NCBI GenBank assembly: GCA_963734495.1
Contig: CAVTHK010000011.1
Location: 672,001 to 736,000, forward strand
Direction of reading: 5' to 3'
From: an uncultured Spirochaetota bacterium
GTDB lineage: Bacteria; Spirochaetota; Spirochaetia; SZUA-6; CAVTHK01
Length of the DNA: 64,000 nt
Shown here: piece by piece, positions 1-9,048 of the stretch
Layout: every line of letters begins with the position of its first letter
How positions within the stretch are numbered: the first letter of the stretch is position 1
Translations under genes and position numbers: made by a program
Notes under the pieces: model-generated
Seen by the model: only the letters and a program-made list of their open reading frames with translations
Databases searched by the model: none
Told to the model about the DNA's origin: nothing

Positions 1-1
1 G

Positions 2-2089
2 CTCGGCATTCCCTACGCGGTGTACACGCGCACCGGCCCGACCGACGCCTCGCTTTTCTACTGGGTAGGGCTCGACGGAACGCGAAAGCTCGTCTGGTAC
101 TCGCTCAAGGGGTATGGCTGGGCCCACCGGGTGGGCTTCGAGATCAGCGCGGACAAGGCCATCGAGAACGGTCTCGAAACGACGATGCGCGAGGTCCTCG
201 CTCAGGGCGTTGAGCCCATCTTCGTGCACTGGGGAACGGACCTGCTCCTGCCCGGGAAAAAGCTGGCCGAGAACCTGCGCGACTGGAACGCGAAGTCGGA
301 TCTCAAGATGGCCTTTGCCACTCCGACCGAGTACTTCGAAGCCGCGCCCAGGGAGGGCCTGCGCGAGCTCTCGGGGGAGATCCCCTCAGCCTGGCCGTAC
401 AGCGATCCGCAATACACGTACCACATGGTGCTGACCTTTCCCGCGGTGTCCGCTCTGCTCAACGCCGAGAGATTCTCCGAGCTCGCCCGCTGCCGCGGCA
501 TCATGGACGGTTATCCGGCAGACAAGATCCGGGAGTCCTGGCTCCAGGTCCTCGAGACGATGGATCACAACAACAACGGCCAGGGAAATGACCAGACCAA
601 CGAACGGAAGAGATCGTACTACGAGATGGCCATCCGCACGGCGGATCGGATCCGCGAGGACGCCCTGCGCCGGATGGCGGAGAACGTCGCGAATCCCTTT
701 GGCCGCGACGCCTACCCGATCGTGGTCTTCAATCCCATGAGCTGGCCGCGCACCGAGCTTGCCAGCACTCACGTCACCTACCACGGCGACATCAAGCCCA
801 CCAACATCGCGGCCTACCGGCAGGTCACGCTCGTCGACGAGCATGGCACGGCAGTGCCTTTCCAGACGTACGACACAAGGGAAGGTGTGGCGCGGGAGGA
901 GACCATCCGCTTCGTGGCGGAGGCAGTGCCCGCGGGTGGATACCGCACCTACTACCTCAGGCCGTCGGACAAGCCGGTCGAGCACGGTCCTGCGTTTCAA
1001 TGGGACGGCGCTGCGCTCACGACCCCCTTGTACAAGCTGGTCGTCGACCCGGTCACCGGGAGCCTGTCCGTGACTGACTTGAAGAGCGGGCAGCCGCTGG
1101 TCAGCGGCTTGTGCGTAGTCGCCGTCGAGGAAAAGCTCGACCAGGGGTCGTTCCGCGACGAGACGACCGGCAGGCGCCTCGAGTCCGTGCTGGAGTCCGT
1201 CGAGCTCGTCGAATCCGGCGCCGTGGCCGCGCGCCTCGACCTGCGAGTGCGGGTCGCCGAGTCGGTCGTCACCGAGCACATCATCGTGCAGTCGCGCAAT
1301 CCGAAGGTGGAGATCTCCGTCGACGTCGATTTCCGCAAGTGGCGGCCCATGCGCCTGTGCCTGGAGATGTCGACGGGGATCGCGGATCCCAGGATCAACT
1401 ACGGCGTTCCCTACGGCGTGAGCTGGACCGAGAACATCATGGCGAACAGCGCCCCCTTCAGGCACGACGAGATCCCCGTTGAGTCCTGGAACCGGCTTCG
1501 GACCGCCATCCACTGGATCGATCTGAGCGACGGCAGCCGCGGCGTGACCGTGGGCAGCAAGCATCGCTGCTTCAGGTTCGAGGGACCCATCCTGCAGGCG
1601 GTCATGCTCCGCGCCGTCGTCTCCGGACAGTGCTGCTACATCCGCGACGGAAAGCGCGAGCGCCACCTGCGGCCGTACCCCGGCAGGTATTCGTTCGACT
1701 ACTGTCTCCTCCCTCACACCGGCGGATGGCAGCAGTCCAAGAGCTATCGTGCCGGCTGGGAGCTCAGCTATCCCCTGCTGCCGGTGGTCGTGAGCGACAG
1801 CGCGAGCGCCAAGCGCCTGCCGAGCAGCGAGCAGCTCCTGACGCTCGAGTGCGACACCGACAGCGTCCTGCTGGACGTCGTGAAGAAGGCGGAACGGGGC
1901 GAGGAGACCGTCGTGCGCTTCCACGAAACCGAGGGCAGGGCCGGCAGCGCCCGGCTGAGCCTCCCCGGCAAGGCCATCAAGGCGCTCGCCGTCGCCGACC
2001 TGCGGGAGCGCGAGATCCGCAAGCTGCGTCCCGCGGACAGGATTCCCTACAAGGCGTACGAGATCGTCACGCTGCGCGTCGGATGGTGA
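2..2089 (+). CDS. GH38 alpha-mannosidase-like glycoside hydrolase (5' partial)
   Basis: Frame is open from the window edge. It has GH38-like middle and C-terminal segments (VFNPMSWPRTE, VPAGGYRTY, HWIDLSDG, VKKAERGEETVVRFHETEG). Confidence 0.75.
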   Translation, partial: LGIPYAVYTRTGPTDASLFYWVGLDGTRKLVWYSLKGYGWAHRVGFEISADKAIENGLETTMREVLAQGVEPIFVHWGTDLLLPGKKLAENLRDWNAKSDLKMAFATPTEYFEAAPREGLRELSGEIPSAWPYSDPQYTYHMVLTFPAVSALLNAERFSELARCRGIMDGYPADKIRESWLQVLETMDHNNNGQGNDQTNERKRSYYEMAIRTADRIREDALRRMAENVANPFGRDAYPIVVFNPMSWPRTELASTHVTYHGDIKPTNIAAYRQVTLVDEHGTAVPFQTYDTREGVAREETIRFVAEAVPAGGYRTYYLRPSDKPVEHGPAFQWDGAALTTPLYKLVVDPVTGSLSVTDLKSGQPLVSGLCVVAVEEKLDQGSFRDETTGRRLESVLESVELVESGAVAARLDLRVRVAESVVTEHIIVQSRNPKVEISVDVDFRKWRPMRLCLEMSTGIADPRINYGVPYGVSWTENIMANSAPFRHDEIPVESWNRLRTAIHWIDLSDGSRGVTVGSKHRCFRFEGPILQAVMLRAVVSGQCCYIRDGKRERHLRPYPGRYSFDYCLLPHTGGWQQSKSYRAGWELSYPLLPVVVSDSASAKRLPSSEQLLTLECDTDSVLLDVVKKAERGEETVVRFHETEGRAGSARLSLPGKAIKALAVADLREREIRKLRPADRIPYKAYEIVTLRVGW

Positions 2090-2174
2090 GCCTGGCACGG
2101 CCCAGGCAGGGAGGCGGAGTCGTGGATCTCACGTTGTTGCTCGAGAAGGCAGAAAGCGACGGGAGGTTGCTGAA

Positions 2175-2942
2175 GTGGCAGAGCTGACGCAGGAAGTCAA
2201 AGACGCCGTGCTCGGGCTCGGGGCAAGCCTCGTCGGCATCGCGAGCGTCGACCGGTTCGATCGGGCCCCTGTCGGGCACAGGCCCAACGACCTTCTCGAG
2301 GGAGCGAGATCGGTCGTCGTGCTCGGCGTTCAGCTGCTCGAGTCGGTCTCGGGATGGAATCGCCTCTTTCGCAACTCGGAGATCTACGAGACGGAGCAGC
2401 AGCGGATCGCCGTCGCGGAGCGGCACTTCTACGGGCGCAGCGGTTACGAGACGATGAACATCTTTATCGAGCAGCTCGGGCTGCGAACCGCTCTCTCTCT
2501 CGAAGGGCGGGGCTACAGGTCCATGTACTTCCCCGCCACCTTCGCACACCACGCTCCGATCATGGAGAAGATCCCCGGCTACCACGCGCCTTTTTCGCAC
2601 CGCCACGCCGCGGTGCGCGCGGGCCTCGGCGAGTTCGGGCTCAACAACCTCGTGCTGACAAAGCGCTTCGGGCCCCGCGTGCGGTTCATGTCCGTCATCA
2701 CGCGCGCCCCGCTCGATCCGGATCCTCTGCTCGCGGAAAAGCTCTGCCTCGGCTCGAGCTGCCGCCTCTGCGTCGAGGCCTGCGGCGTCGATGCGCTGCA
2801 GCCGATCGAGGGGCTGGACGACAGCCGGGTGTTTCTCGACATGCCCACGGTAGTCGACAAGCCGGCGTGCTACTTCAAGCATGACCGCGGCGCCGACTGC
2901 TGGGGCTTCTGCATGGATGTCTGCCCCGTGGGCAAGGCCTGA
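2175..2942 (+). CDS. QueG/epoxyqueuosine reductase-like Fe-S protein
   Basis: GASLVGIA, SHRHAAVRAGLGEFGLNNL and FGPRVRF motifs, plus two Cys clusters (CLGSSCRLCVEAC and CWGFCMDVCP). Confidence 0.75.
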   Translation: MAELTQEVKDAVLGLGASLVGIASVDRFDRAPVGHRPNDLLEGARSVVVLGVQLLESVSGWNRLFRNSEIYETEQQRIAVAERHFYGRSGYETMNIFIEQLGLRTALSLEGRGYRSMYFPATFAHHAPIMEKIPGYHAPFSHRHAAVRAGLGEFGLNNLVLTKRFGPRVRFMSVITRAPLDPDPLLAEKLCLGSSCRLCVEACGVDALQPIEGLDDSRVFLDMPTVVDKPACYFKHDRGADCWGFCMDVCPVGKA

Positions 2943-3015
2943 CCGCCGCGTCCGGGTCGCTTGATCCCCGCCGGTCTCGCGACGCACAATCGCACCGGCG
3001 GGAGGCGCGATCACA

Positions 3016-4245
3016 GTGTCTGACTCGGGGTCTCACAGGCCGATTCGCATCGGGCTCGTCGGCATCGGCGGCTTCGCGAAGACGCACCTCGCGGCGATCA
3101 GGCACGCCGAGGCCGCGGGGATCGCGAAGCTCGCGGCCGCGGTCAACATAGAGACGGTCAGGGACGCGGAGGAGGAGCGGCGTCTGCGCGAAGCTGGCGT
3201 GGCGATCTACCGGTCGCACGGCGAGATGCTCGACCGCGAGCGCGGCGTGGACCTGGTGGGGATCCCGTGCGGCATCGACCAGCACGCACCCCTGTCGGTC
3301 GAATGCCTGGACGGGGGCTTCCACGTGCTGTGCGAGAAGCCCGCGGCCGGCGACACCGCGCAGGCGCTCGAGATGGCGACGGCCCGCGAACGCTCAGGCA
3401 AGGTGCTCGCGATCGGCTACCAGCACATGTATTCGGCATCGATCCGGCGCATCAAGGCGCTCACGGTGAGCGGCCGCCTGGGGAAGCTCCTCAGGGCGCG
3501 ATCCTATGTCCTGTGGCCGAGGACCCTCGACTACTACACCCGCCACGGCTGGGCCGGAAAGCTCAAGGCCAACGGCCGCTTCATCTTCGATTCTCCGGCG
3601 CAGAACGCCGTGGCCCACTACCTGCAGAACCTGCTCTACGCGGCGGGCGCCGACGAGCGGAGCAGCGCCGAGCCGGTCCGCGTCTACGGCGAGAACTACC
3701 GGGCCAACGACATCGAGTCCGCGGACACGCAGTACCTCCGCGTCGGCACGCGCGAAGGGTGCCTGATCATCTTCGCGGCAACGCACGCCACGAACGTCCG
3801 GCGCGATCCCGTCGCCGACTTCCAGTACGAAGGCGGCCGGGTGACCTGGGAGCTCGAGGGGAACGGCCGGACGCGGGTCTACGAGGGCCGCGCCGCGAGT
3901 CCCTCGGAGGAGCTCGACAACGGCCCGGCAGACGTCCACGACCTTCCGTACCTCGGCGTCATCGGCGCTCTGAGCCGCGGCGAAGAGCCGATCGCGACCA
4001 TCGACAACTGCATCCAGCACACCCGCTGCATCGACGCGCTCTTCACCAGGGCATCCGGGATCGCGAAGATACCGGCCTCGGCGATCCGCGTCGCGCAGTC
4101 CTACGGGCCGGAGAGCGGCCCAAAAGCGCCCCTCACCTATGTGCCGGGCATCGAGGACCTCATGGCCCTCATGTACGAGAAGGACCTGAGCTTCGTGGAG
4201 GCCGGCGCCGCGTGGGGCAGGGCCGGGAGCGAAGTGACCCTGTAG
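3016..4245 (+). CDS. Gfo/Idh/MocA family oxidoreductase
   Basis: IGLVGIGGFA Rossmann motif and HVLCEKP. Confidence 0.9.
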   Translation: MSDSGSHRPIRIGLVGIGGFAKTHLAAIRHAEAAGIAKLAAAVNIETVRDAEEERRLREAGVAIYRSHGEMLDRERGVDLVGIPCGIDQHAPLSVECLDGGFHVLCEKPAAGDTAQALEMATARERSGKVLAIGYQHMYSASIRRIKALTVSGRLGKLLRARSYVLWPRTLDYYTRHGWAGKLKANGRFIFDSPAQNAVAHYLQNLLYAAGADERSSAEPVRVYGENYRANDIESADTQYLRVGTREGCLIIFAATHATNVRRDPVADFQYEGGRVTWELEGNGRTRVYEGRAASPSEELDNGPADVHDLPYLGVIGALSRGEEPIATIDNCIQHTRCIDALFTRASGIAKIPASAIRVAQSYGPESGPKAPLTYVPGIEDLMALMYEKDLSFVEAGAAWGRAGSEVTL

Positions 4246-4275
4246 GCCCCCCGCCCGCCGCCGCGCGCGGCCGCT

Positions 4276-4902
4276 TCAGCGCGGGCCGCGGTGCGCGCGC
4301 GGGTGCGCCTGCTCGCCGAGGGCGACGCCGGCGAAGAACGCGACCTGGAAGCGCTCCACCGGGTAGCTCTCGAGATCGCTCCACGGCGGCGCCCCCGCCT
4401 CGGGTATGAACGCAAGGCGGCCGCCGAAGTAGAAGCCGTGGAGGTCGAAGGCCAGGCCCGCGGAGAGCATCGGGAAGATCGACACCAGCACGGGCGTGTC
4501 GACGTCGGGGCCTTCCTCCCCGGCCCGGCCCGCGCTGCCCACTGCTACGTGCACGAACGGGTCCACAAAGTGGCCCGCGCCCACCAGGTGGTAGCTCAGG
4601 AACAGCGCCTCGGTCATCCAGTCGACCGACCAGCGGTCGAGGGAATCCCTGGAGAAGCTCACCATGTAATTGCCGCCGAACCCGATGTGGTCGACCACGA
4701 CTTCCCACCCCGGCCCGTAGAAAAGCGGCTGGTCCGGCTCGGCGAACGCGTCGATGGCCTCTCCCGCCGTCGGCCGCTCGGAAAAGGGAAGGGCCATGTT
4801 GCCCACGATCCTGACCTGCTCGAGCGCGGACGCCTTCGTGGCAGCCGTCGCGGCCGCCAGCGCGACCAGGAAGACGACTGCCGACCTTCTTCTATTGCCC
4901 AT
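4276..4902 (-). CDS. Secreted hypothetical protein, probable outer-membrane beta-barrel
   Basis: Signal peptide (VVFLVALAAATAATKASA), amphipathic aromatic-rich strands, C-terminal FFAGVAL strand. RBS GGAGG lies upstream. Confidence 0.6.
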   Translation of the reverse strand: MGNRRRSAVVFLVALAAATAATKASALEQVRIVGNMALPFSERPTAGEAIDAFAEPDQPLFYGPGWEVVVDHIGFGGNYMVSFSRDSLDRWSVDWMTEALFLSYHLVGAGHFVDPFVHVAVGSAGRAGEEGPDVDTPVLVSIFPMLSAGLAFDLHGFYFGGRLAFIPEAGAPPWSDLESYPVERFQVAFFAGVALGEQAHPRAHRGPR

Positions 4903-4973
4903 TCGTGAACCTCCTTTGGCTCAAGCGCCTGGCCGTCCGTTACCCGCACACGGAGCGGCAGGGTCTATACTGG

Positions 4974-5040
4974 AACACGGAGCGGGCGGGCGGCTGTCAC
5001 CGCCGGTTTCCCGGTGACAGCAACGCGGTCGGCGGGTGTT
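4974..5040. promoter_or_regulatory. Back-to-back putative ECF promoters, GTGACAG-N15-GTGTT on both strands
   Basis: Plus strand: GTGACA 5014-5019, 16 nt, GTGTT 5036-5040. Minus strand: GTGACA 5000-4995, 16 nt, GTGTT 4978-4974. The -35 boxes form the inverted repeat GCTGTCACCG-N9-CGGTGACAGC (4993-5021). Confidence 0.7.
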
Positions 5041-5074
5041 GAACTTTGCGAGGAGCCGGAAAGGTTCGGTCCGT

Positions 5075-5554
5075 TTGGCAGTCGATGTCGAAGCCCTCTA
5101 CAGGCGATACGGGCCGATGGTCCTCAGGCGCTGCCGCCGGCTTCTGCGGGACGAGGAGCGAGCCGTGGACGCGATGCAGGACACGTTCGTGCAGGTGCTG
5201 AGGCGGGAACGCGCGCTCGACGAGAGGGCGCCTTCGAGCCTGCTGTACACCATCGCCACGAACGTCTGCCTCAACGTCCTGCGATCCGACCGCAGCCGGC
5301 CGCGGAGCGCAGGCGCGGAGCTGCTGGACACGATCGCCGGCCCGGACGATCCCGCCCGCAGAGCGGTGGACAGCCATCGGCTCGCGCGCATCTTCGCGAA
5401 GGAGAAGCCCTCGACCCGCGTCATCGCCGTGATGCACTTCGTCGACGGGCTGACCTACGAGGAGACCGCCGCGGAAGTGGGCCTTTCCGTCTCGGGGGTG
5501 AGGAAACGGCTGCGCTCGCTGCGGGCGCGCGCCAGGGCGCTGGAGGAAGGATGA
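5075..5554 (+). CDS. ECF RNA polymerase sigma-70 factor
   Basis: Region 2 (LYRRYGPMV...DAMQDTFVQV...LLYTIATNVCLN) and region 4 (DGLTYEETAAEVGLSVSGVRKRL). TTG start at 5075 chosen; the ORF track starts at 5036. Confidence 0.9.
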   Translation: MAVDVEALYRRYGPMVLRRCRRLLRDEERAVDAMQDTFVQVLRRERALDERAPSSLLYTIATNVCLNVLRSDRSRPRSAGAELLDTIAGPDDPARRAVDSHRLARIFAKEKPSTRVIAVMHFVDGLTYEETAAEVGLSVSGVRKRLRSLRARARALEEG

Positions 5555-6328
5555 AGCCGATGTCGGACCGTACGCTGGAACGGTACCTGCTCAGTGAATT
5601 GCCGGAAGATGAAATGGAAGAAGTCGCCCGCGCGGTCGACCAGGACCCGGACGTGGCGGCGCGCCTGGAGGCGCTGCGCCGCTCGAGCGCCGGGATCCTC
5701 GAGCGCTACCCGCCGTCGATGATGGCCGCGCGCATCCGCGACCGCTGGGACGCCGCCGAGAAGGCGGAGCAGGCCCGATTGCAGAGCCGCTGGCGCGGGC
5801 TGGCGTTCGCGCTGCCCGGGGCGGCGCTCGCGGCGCTCCTCCTGGTCGTGCTGCTGCCGATGCAGCAGGAGTCGACGCGGCTCAAGGGGCTGGAAGGCAG
5901 CCTGGCGCTGCACCGCAAGAGCGGCGCCGGGGATCGAGGCGCTCGCCGACGGCGCGCGCGCCTCAGCGGGCGACGTCATCCAGATCAGCTATGTGGCAGG
6001 CGGCGCCCGCTACGGCGCGATCTTCTCCATCGACGGCAGGGGTGCGGTGACCTGGCATCTCCCCCTGGGGCTTCGCCCGCGGGCCGAGTCGGCGCAGGTC
6101 CAGCCCGGCGGCGAAGTCCCTCTGGGAGCCGCGTACGAGCTCGACGACGCGCCGGGCTTCGAGCGGTTCTTCTTCGTCACTTCCGACAAGCCCTTCCCGC
6201 TGGACCGCATCGACGCGGAGGCGAAGCGCCTGGCCGCCGATCCCGCGGGCGCGCGCGGAGGGAGCCTGCGCATCGCGCGGGGGCTCGCGCAGGCTTCGTT
6301 CCTCCTGGTGAAGGCGGCCGGCCGATGA
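5551..6328 (+). CDS. Membrane-anchored anti-sigma factor-like protein with DUF4384-like C-terminal domain (1-nt frameshift near 5930)
   Basis: ATGA overlap with the sigma stop. N-terminal helical domain LERYLLSELP, one TM helix, then RLKG. Removing one G from the 5929-5932 run joins the two frames (IEALADGARASAGDVIQISY...YELDDAPGFERFFFV) into 258 aa. Confidence 0.75.
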
Positions 6329-8457
6329 AGAGACTCCTCGTCCCGTTCTGCCTCGCGCTGGCCGCTGCGGGGCTCGCCGCCGAACCGGCGGGCACGATCC
6401 GGCGCTTCGCGCTCGTGGCCGGCGCCAACGACGGGGGCTACGACCGCGTGCGCCTGCGCTACGCGGCGAGCGACGCGCGCGCCTTTGCGGCGGTGATCGG
6501 GGATCTCGGCGGGGTGAAGTCCGAGGACAGCATCCTGCTGATCAACCCCGACATCGGCGTCTTCGAGGACGCGCTCCGCCGGATCCGCTCGCGGATCCAG
6601 GCCGCGGCGGGCGGCGAGCGGCACGAGCTCATCGTCTACTACTCGGGCCACGCCGACGACGAAGGCCTGCTGCTCGGGCGCGAGCGTTTCCCCTACAGCC
6701 GGCTGCGCCGCGAGGTTTCGGAGATCGAGGCCGAGGTTCGCATCGCGGTGGTCGACTCCTGCTCGTCGGGCTCGCTCACGCGCGCCAAGGGCGGCTCTCC
6801 GCGGCCCGCCTTTCTCCAGGATTCGTCGACGGAGATGAAGGGCTATGCCTTTCTCACCTCCAGCTCCGCGGACGAGGTGGCGCAGGAGTCGGACCGCATC
6901 GGCGGGTCCTACTTTACGCACTTCCTCGTCGGGGGCCTGCGCGGCGCGGCCGACGCCAACGGCGACGGCGTCGTGACGCTCAACGAGGCGTACGCCTACG
7001 CCTTTACCGAGACCCTCGCGTCGACCGAGCGCACGCAGTACGGGCCGCAGCACCCCGCCTACGACATCGCGCTCACGGGCAAGGGCGACCTCGTGCTGAC
7101 CGACGTGCGCGAGGCGGCCGCGCGCCTCGTGATCGGCCCCGACGTCGCGGGACGCGTCTTCGTGCGGGACCGCGGCGGCGCGCTCGTGGCGGAGGTCGCC
7201 AAGAAGCCGGGCGACGCGCTGCAGCTCGCACTCGAGCCCGGCACCTACACCGTGCGCGTGCAGGAGCAGGATCGCTGGGCGGAAGGCTCGGTGACGGTGA
7301 GCCGCGACGCGCGGCGGGGCACCCCTCTGGATCGCGCGGACCTGCGGACGATCGCCGGCGAGCCCACCGTGGGCCGGGGCGAGGACGGAGAGCCGGGCCG
7401 CAGGCCGGCGGACGACTACGAGAAGCAGACCTTCCACTTCAGCTTCCTTCCGGAGATCAGCTCCCAGGGAATCTACGGCTCGCGCGAGGAGCAGGCGATC
7501 TCGATCAACCTCCTCGCCGGCAACGCCGCGGCCGTAAACGGCGTGGTGCTGGCGGGCGTTGCCTCCTTCGTGGGCGACCGCGTGGACGGGGCGCAGGCGT
7601 CGGGCGTCGTGAACGTGGTCGGCCAGGACGCCTGGGGCGCGCAGCTCGCCGGCGTGGTGAACTGGGTGGGCCGCGACGCCGGGTTCTACCAGGGGGCCGG
7701 CGTGCTGAACCTGGCCCGCGGCTCGCTGCTGGGCGTGCAGAATTCCGGTGTGATGAACTTCGCTTTCGGCGGCGTCCAAGGCCTCCAGCTCGCCGGCGTG
7801 GGCAACGTTTCGGGCGAGCACGCCTCGGGGGCGCAGGCGGCCGGCGTCTTCAACTACGCGCGTTCGGTGACGGGCGCGCAGCTTGCCGGCGCGGTGAACG
7901 TCGCGGGCCCGCTGCGCGGCGTGCAGGCGGGCGTGGTCAACATCGCAAGCGATGTCACGGGAGCGCAGGTCGGTCTCGTCAACATTTCGCGGCACCTCGA
8001 CGGCGTGCCGATCGGGCTCATCAACTACGAGCGCGACGGCAGCCGGCACCTGGAGGTTGCGTGGCAGGGCGACCGCATGACCGGCGCCATCAGGCTCGGC
8101 GCAGGCTACGTCTATTCGCTGCTGCGCGGCGCGGTCGTGCCCGACAGCGACCCGCTGGAGTGGTCGTACGGCTTCGGGCTCGGCGTCGAGGTTCCGCTCT
8201 TCGAGCCCGTCTTTATCGACGTGGACGCTTCGCTGTCGCAGTGGCTGGGCGGTCCGGGGTCGCCGTCGATCAACGACCCCGCGTCGGTCAAGCCCGATCT
8301 GCGGGTCGCGGCGAGGATTCTCCGCCGCCCGGGATTCGCCTTTCTGGCGGGCGCGAGCTTCGAGCTCGCGATCCCGGGATGGCACGACACCTCCGACCTC
8401 AAGATCACGCCGACCGCGTTCGTCGGCATGCAGTTCGGACGCGAGCGGAGCAGGTAA
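6325..8457 (+). CDS. Exported caspase-family (peptidase C14) protease with G-x-Q-x-A/G-G-x-x-N repeats and a C-terminal beta-rich domain
   Basis: ATGA overlap and signal peptide MKRLLVPFCLALAAAGLAA. RRFALVAGAN, YYSGH (His, 6649), VDSC (Cys, 6760), GSYFTHFLVGGLRGAADANGDG. About 10 repeats at roughly 7530-8030. Confidence 0.85.
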   Translation: MKRLLVPFCLALAAAGLAAEPAGTIRRFALVAGANDGGYDRVRLRYAASDARAFAAVIGDLGGVKSEDSILLINPDIGVFEDALRRIRSRIQAAAGGERHELIVYYSGHADDEGLLLGRERFPYSRLRREVSEIEAEVRIAVVDSCSSGSLTRAKGGSPRPAFLQDSSTEMKGYAFLTSSSADEVAQESDRIGGSYFTHFLVGGLRGAADANGDGVVTLNEAYAYAFTETLASTERTQYGPQHPAYDIALTGKGDLVLTDVREAAARLVIGPDVAGRVFVRDRGGALVAEVAKKPGDALQLALEPGTYTVRVQEQDRWAEGSVTVSRDARRGTPLDRADLRTIAGEPTVGRGEDGEPGRRPADDYEKQTFHFSFLPEISSQGIYGSREEQAISINLLAGNAAAVNGVVLAGVASFVGDRVDGAQASGVVNVVGQDAWGAQLAGVVNWVGRDAGFYQGAGVLNLARGSLLGVQNSGVMNFAFGGVQGLQLAGVGNVSGEHASGAQAAGVFNYARSVTGAQLAGAVNVAGPLRGVQAGVVNIASDVTGAQVGLVNISRHLDGVPIGLINYERDGSRHLEVAWQGDRMTGAIRLGAGYVYSLLRGAVVPDSDPLEWSYGFGLGVEVPLFEPVFIDVDASLSQWLGGPGSPSINDPASVKPDLRVAARILRRPGFAFLAGASFELAIPGWHDTSDLKITPTAFVGMQFGRERSR

Positions 8458-8493
8458 CGCGCGCCCGGCGTGGCGCTCGGACCCGAGGCCGGC

Positions 8494-9039
8494 CTACCTG
8501 AGCGGAACGGCGAGCGACGTGCGGAACGAGTGGTAGGACGCGAAGGAGTCCTGGCTGCCGTAGGCCGCGATCAGCTCGAGCTCGGTCGCGCCCGCCGCGA
8601 TGACCCGCGAGGCGTCCAGCTCGACCTCGAGCACCGTGCGGCCGCCGCTCTCGGTGAGCGCGTGTGCGGTCGCGAACGGCGCGTCGGACGCGTCGGGCGC
8701 GGCGCTGTGACGGTGGCCGCTGCCGAGGTCCTCCTCGAAGGTCGCGGTCCCGTCCTTGACGTAGCCGATAAAGATGCGGGAGCCGTCCATGCGCCCGGTC
8801 CCCGTGCCGACGGCCACCCAGCCGGTCGTCTGGGCGGACAACGCAATGTAGACGCGGTCGGCCGTCCTCGCGAGCGACAGCGTCGCGCCGCGCAGCTCAC
8901 GGGTGAGCGTGTACTCGCCCTGGTGCACGACGCCGTCGACGACCGGATGCGTCGACGACACCGCGAGCGCCGTCTCCTGGGCGCCCGCCATGGTCGCGAC
9001 CGCGGTCGCGACGAGAATCGCGGCAATCTGGATTCGCAT
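8494..9039 (-). CDS. Secreted DOMON-domain protein
   Basis: Signal peptide, TTGWVAVG...RMDGSRIFIGYV, and a C-terminal YH (Met/His pair typical of heme-type DOMON). Confidence 0.75.
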   Translation of the reverse strand: MRIQIAAILVATAVATMAGAQETALAVSSTHPVVDGVVHQGEYTLTRELRGATLSLARTADRVYIALSAQTTGWVAVGTGTGRMDGSRIFIGYVKDGTATFEEDLGSGHRHSAAPDASDAPFATAHALTESGGRTVLEVELDASRVIAAGATELELIAAYGSQDSFASYHSFRTSLAVPLR

Positions 9040-9048
9040 TTCGCCTCT

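Noticed and set aside
5014-8457. 1147-aa ORF suggesting an anti-sigma-caspase fusion
   Set aside because: It results from a single extra base near 5930. The caspase has its own ATG (6325) and signal peptide, and the ATGA overlaps define three genes.
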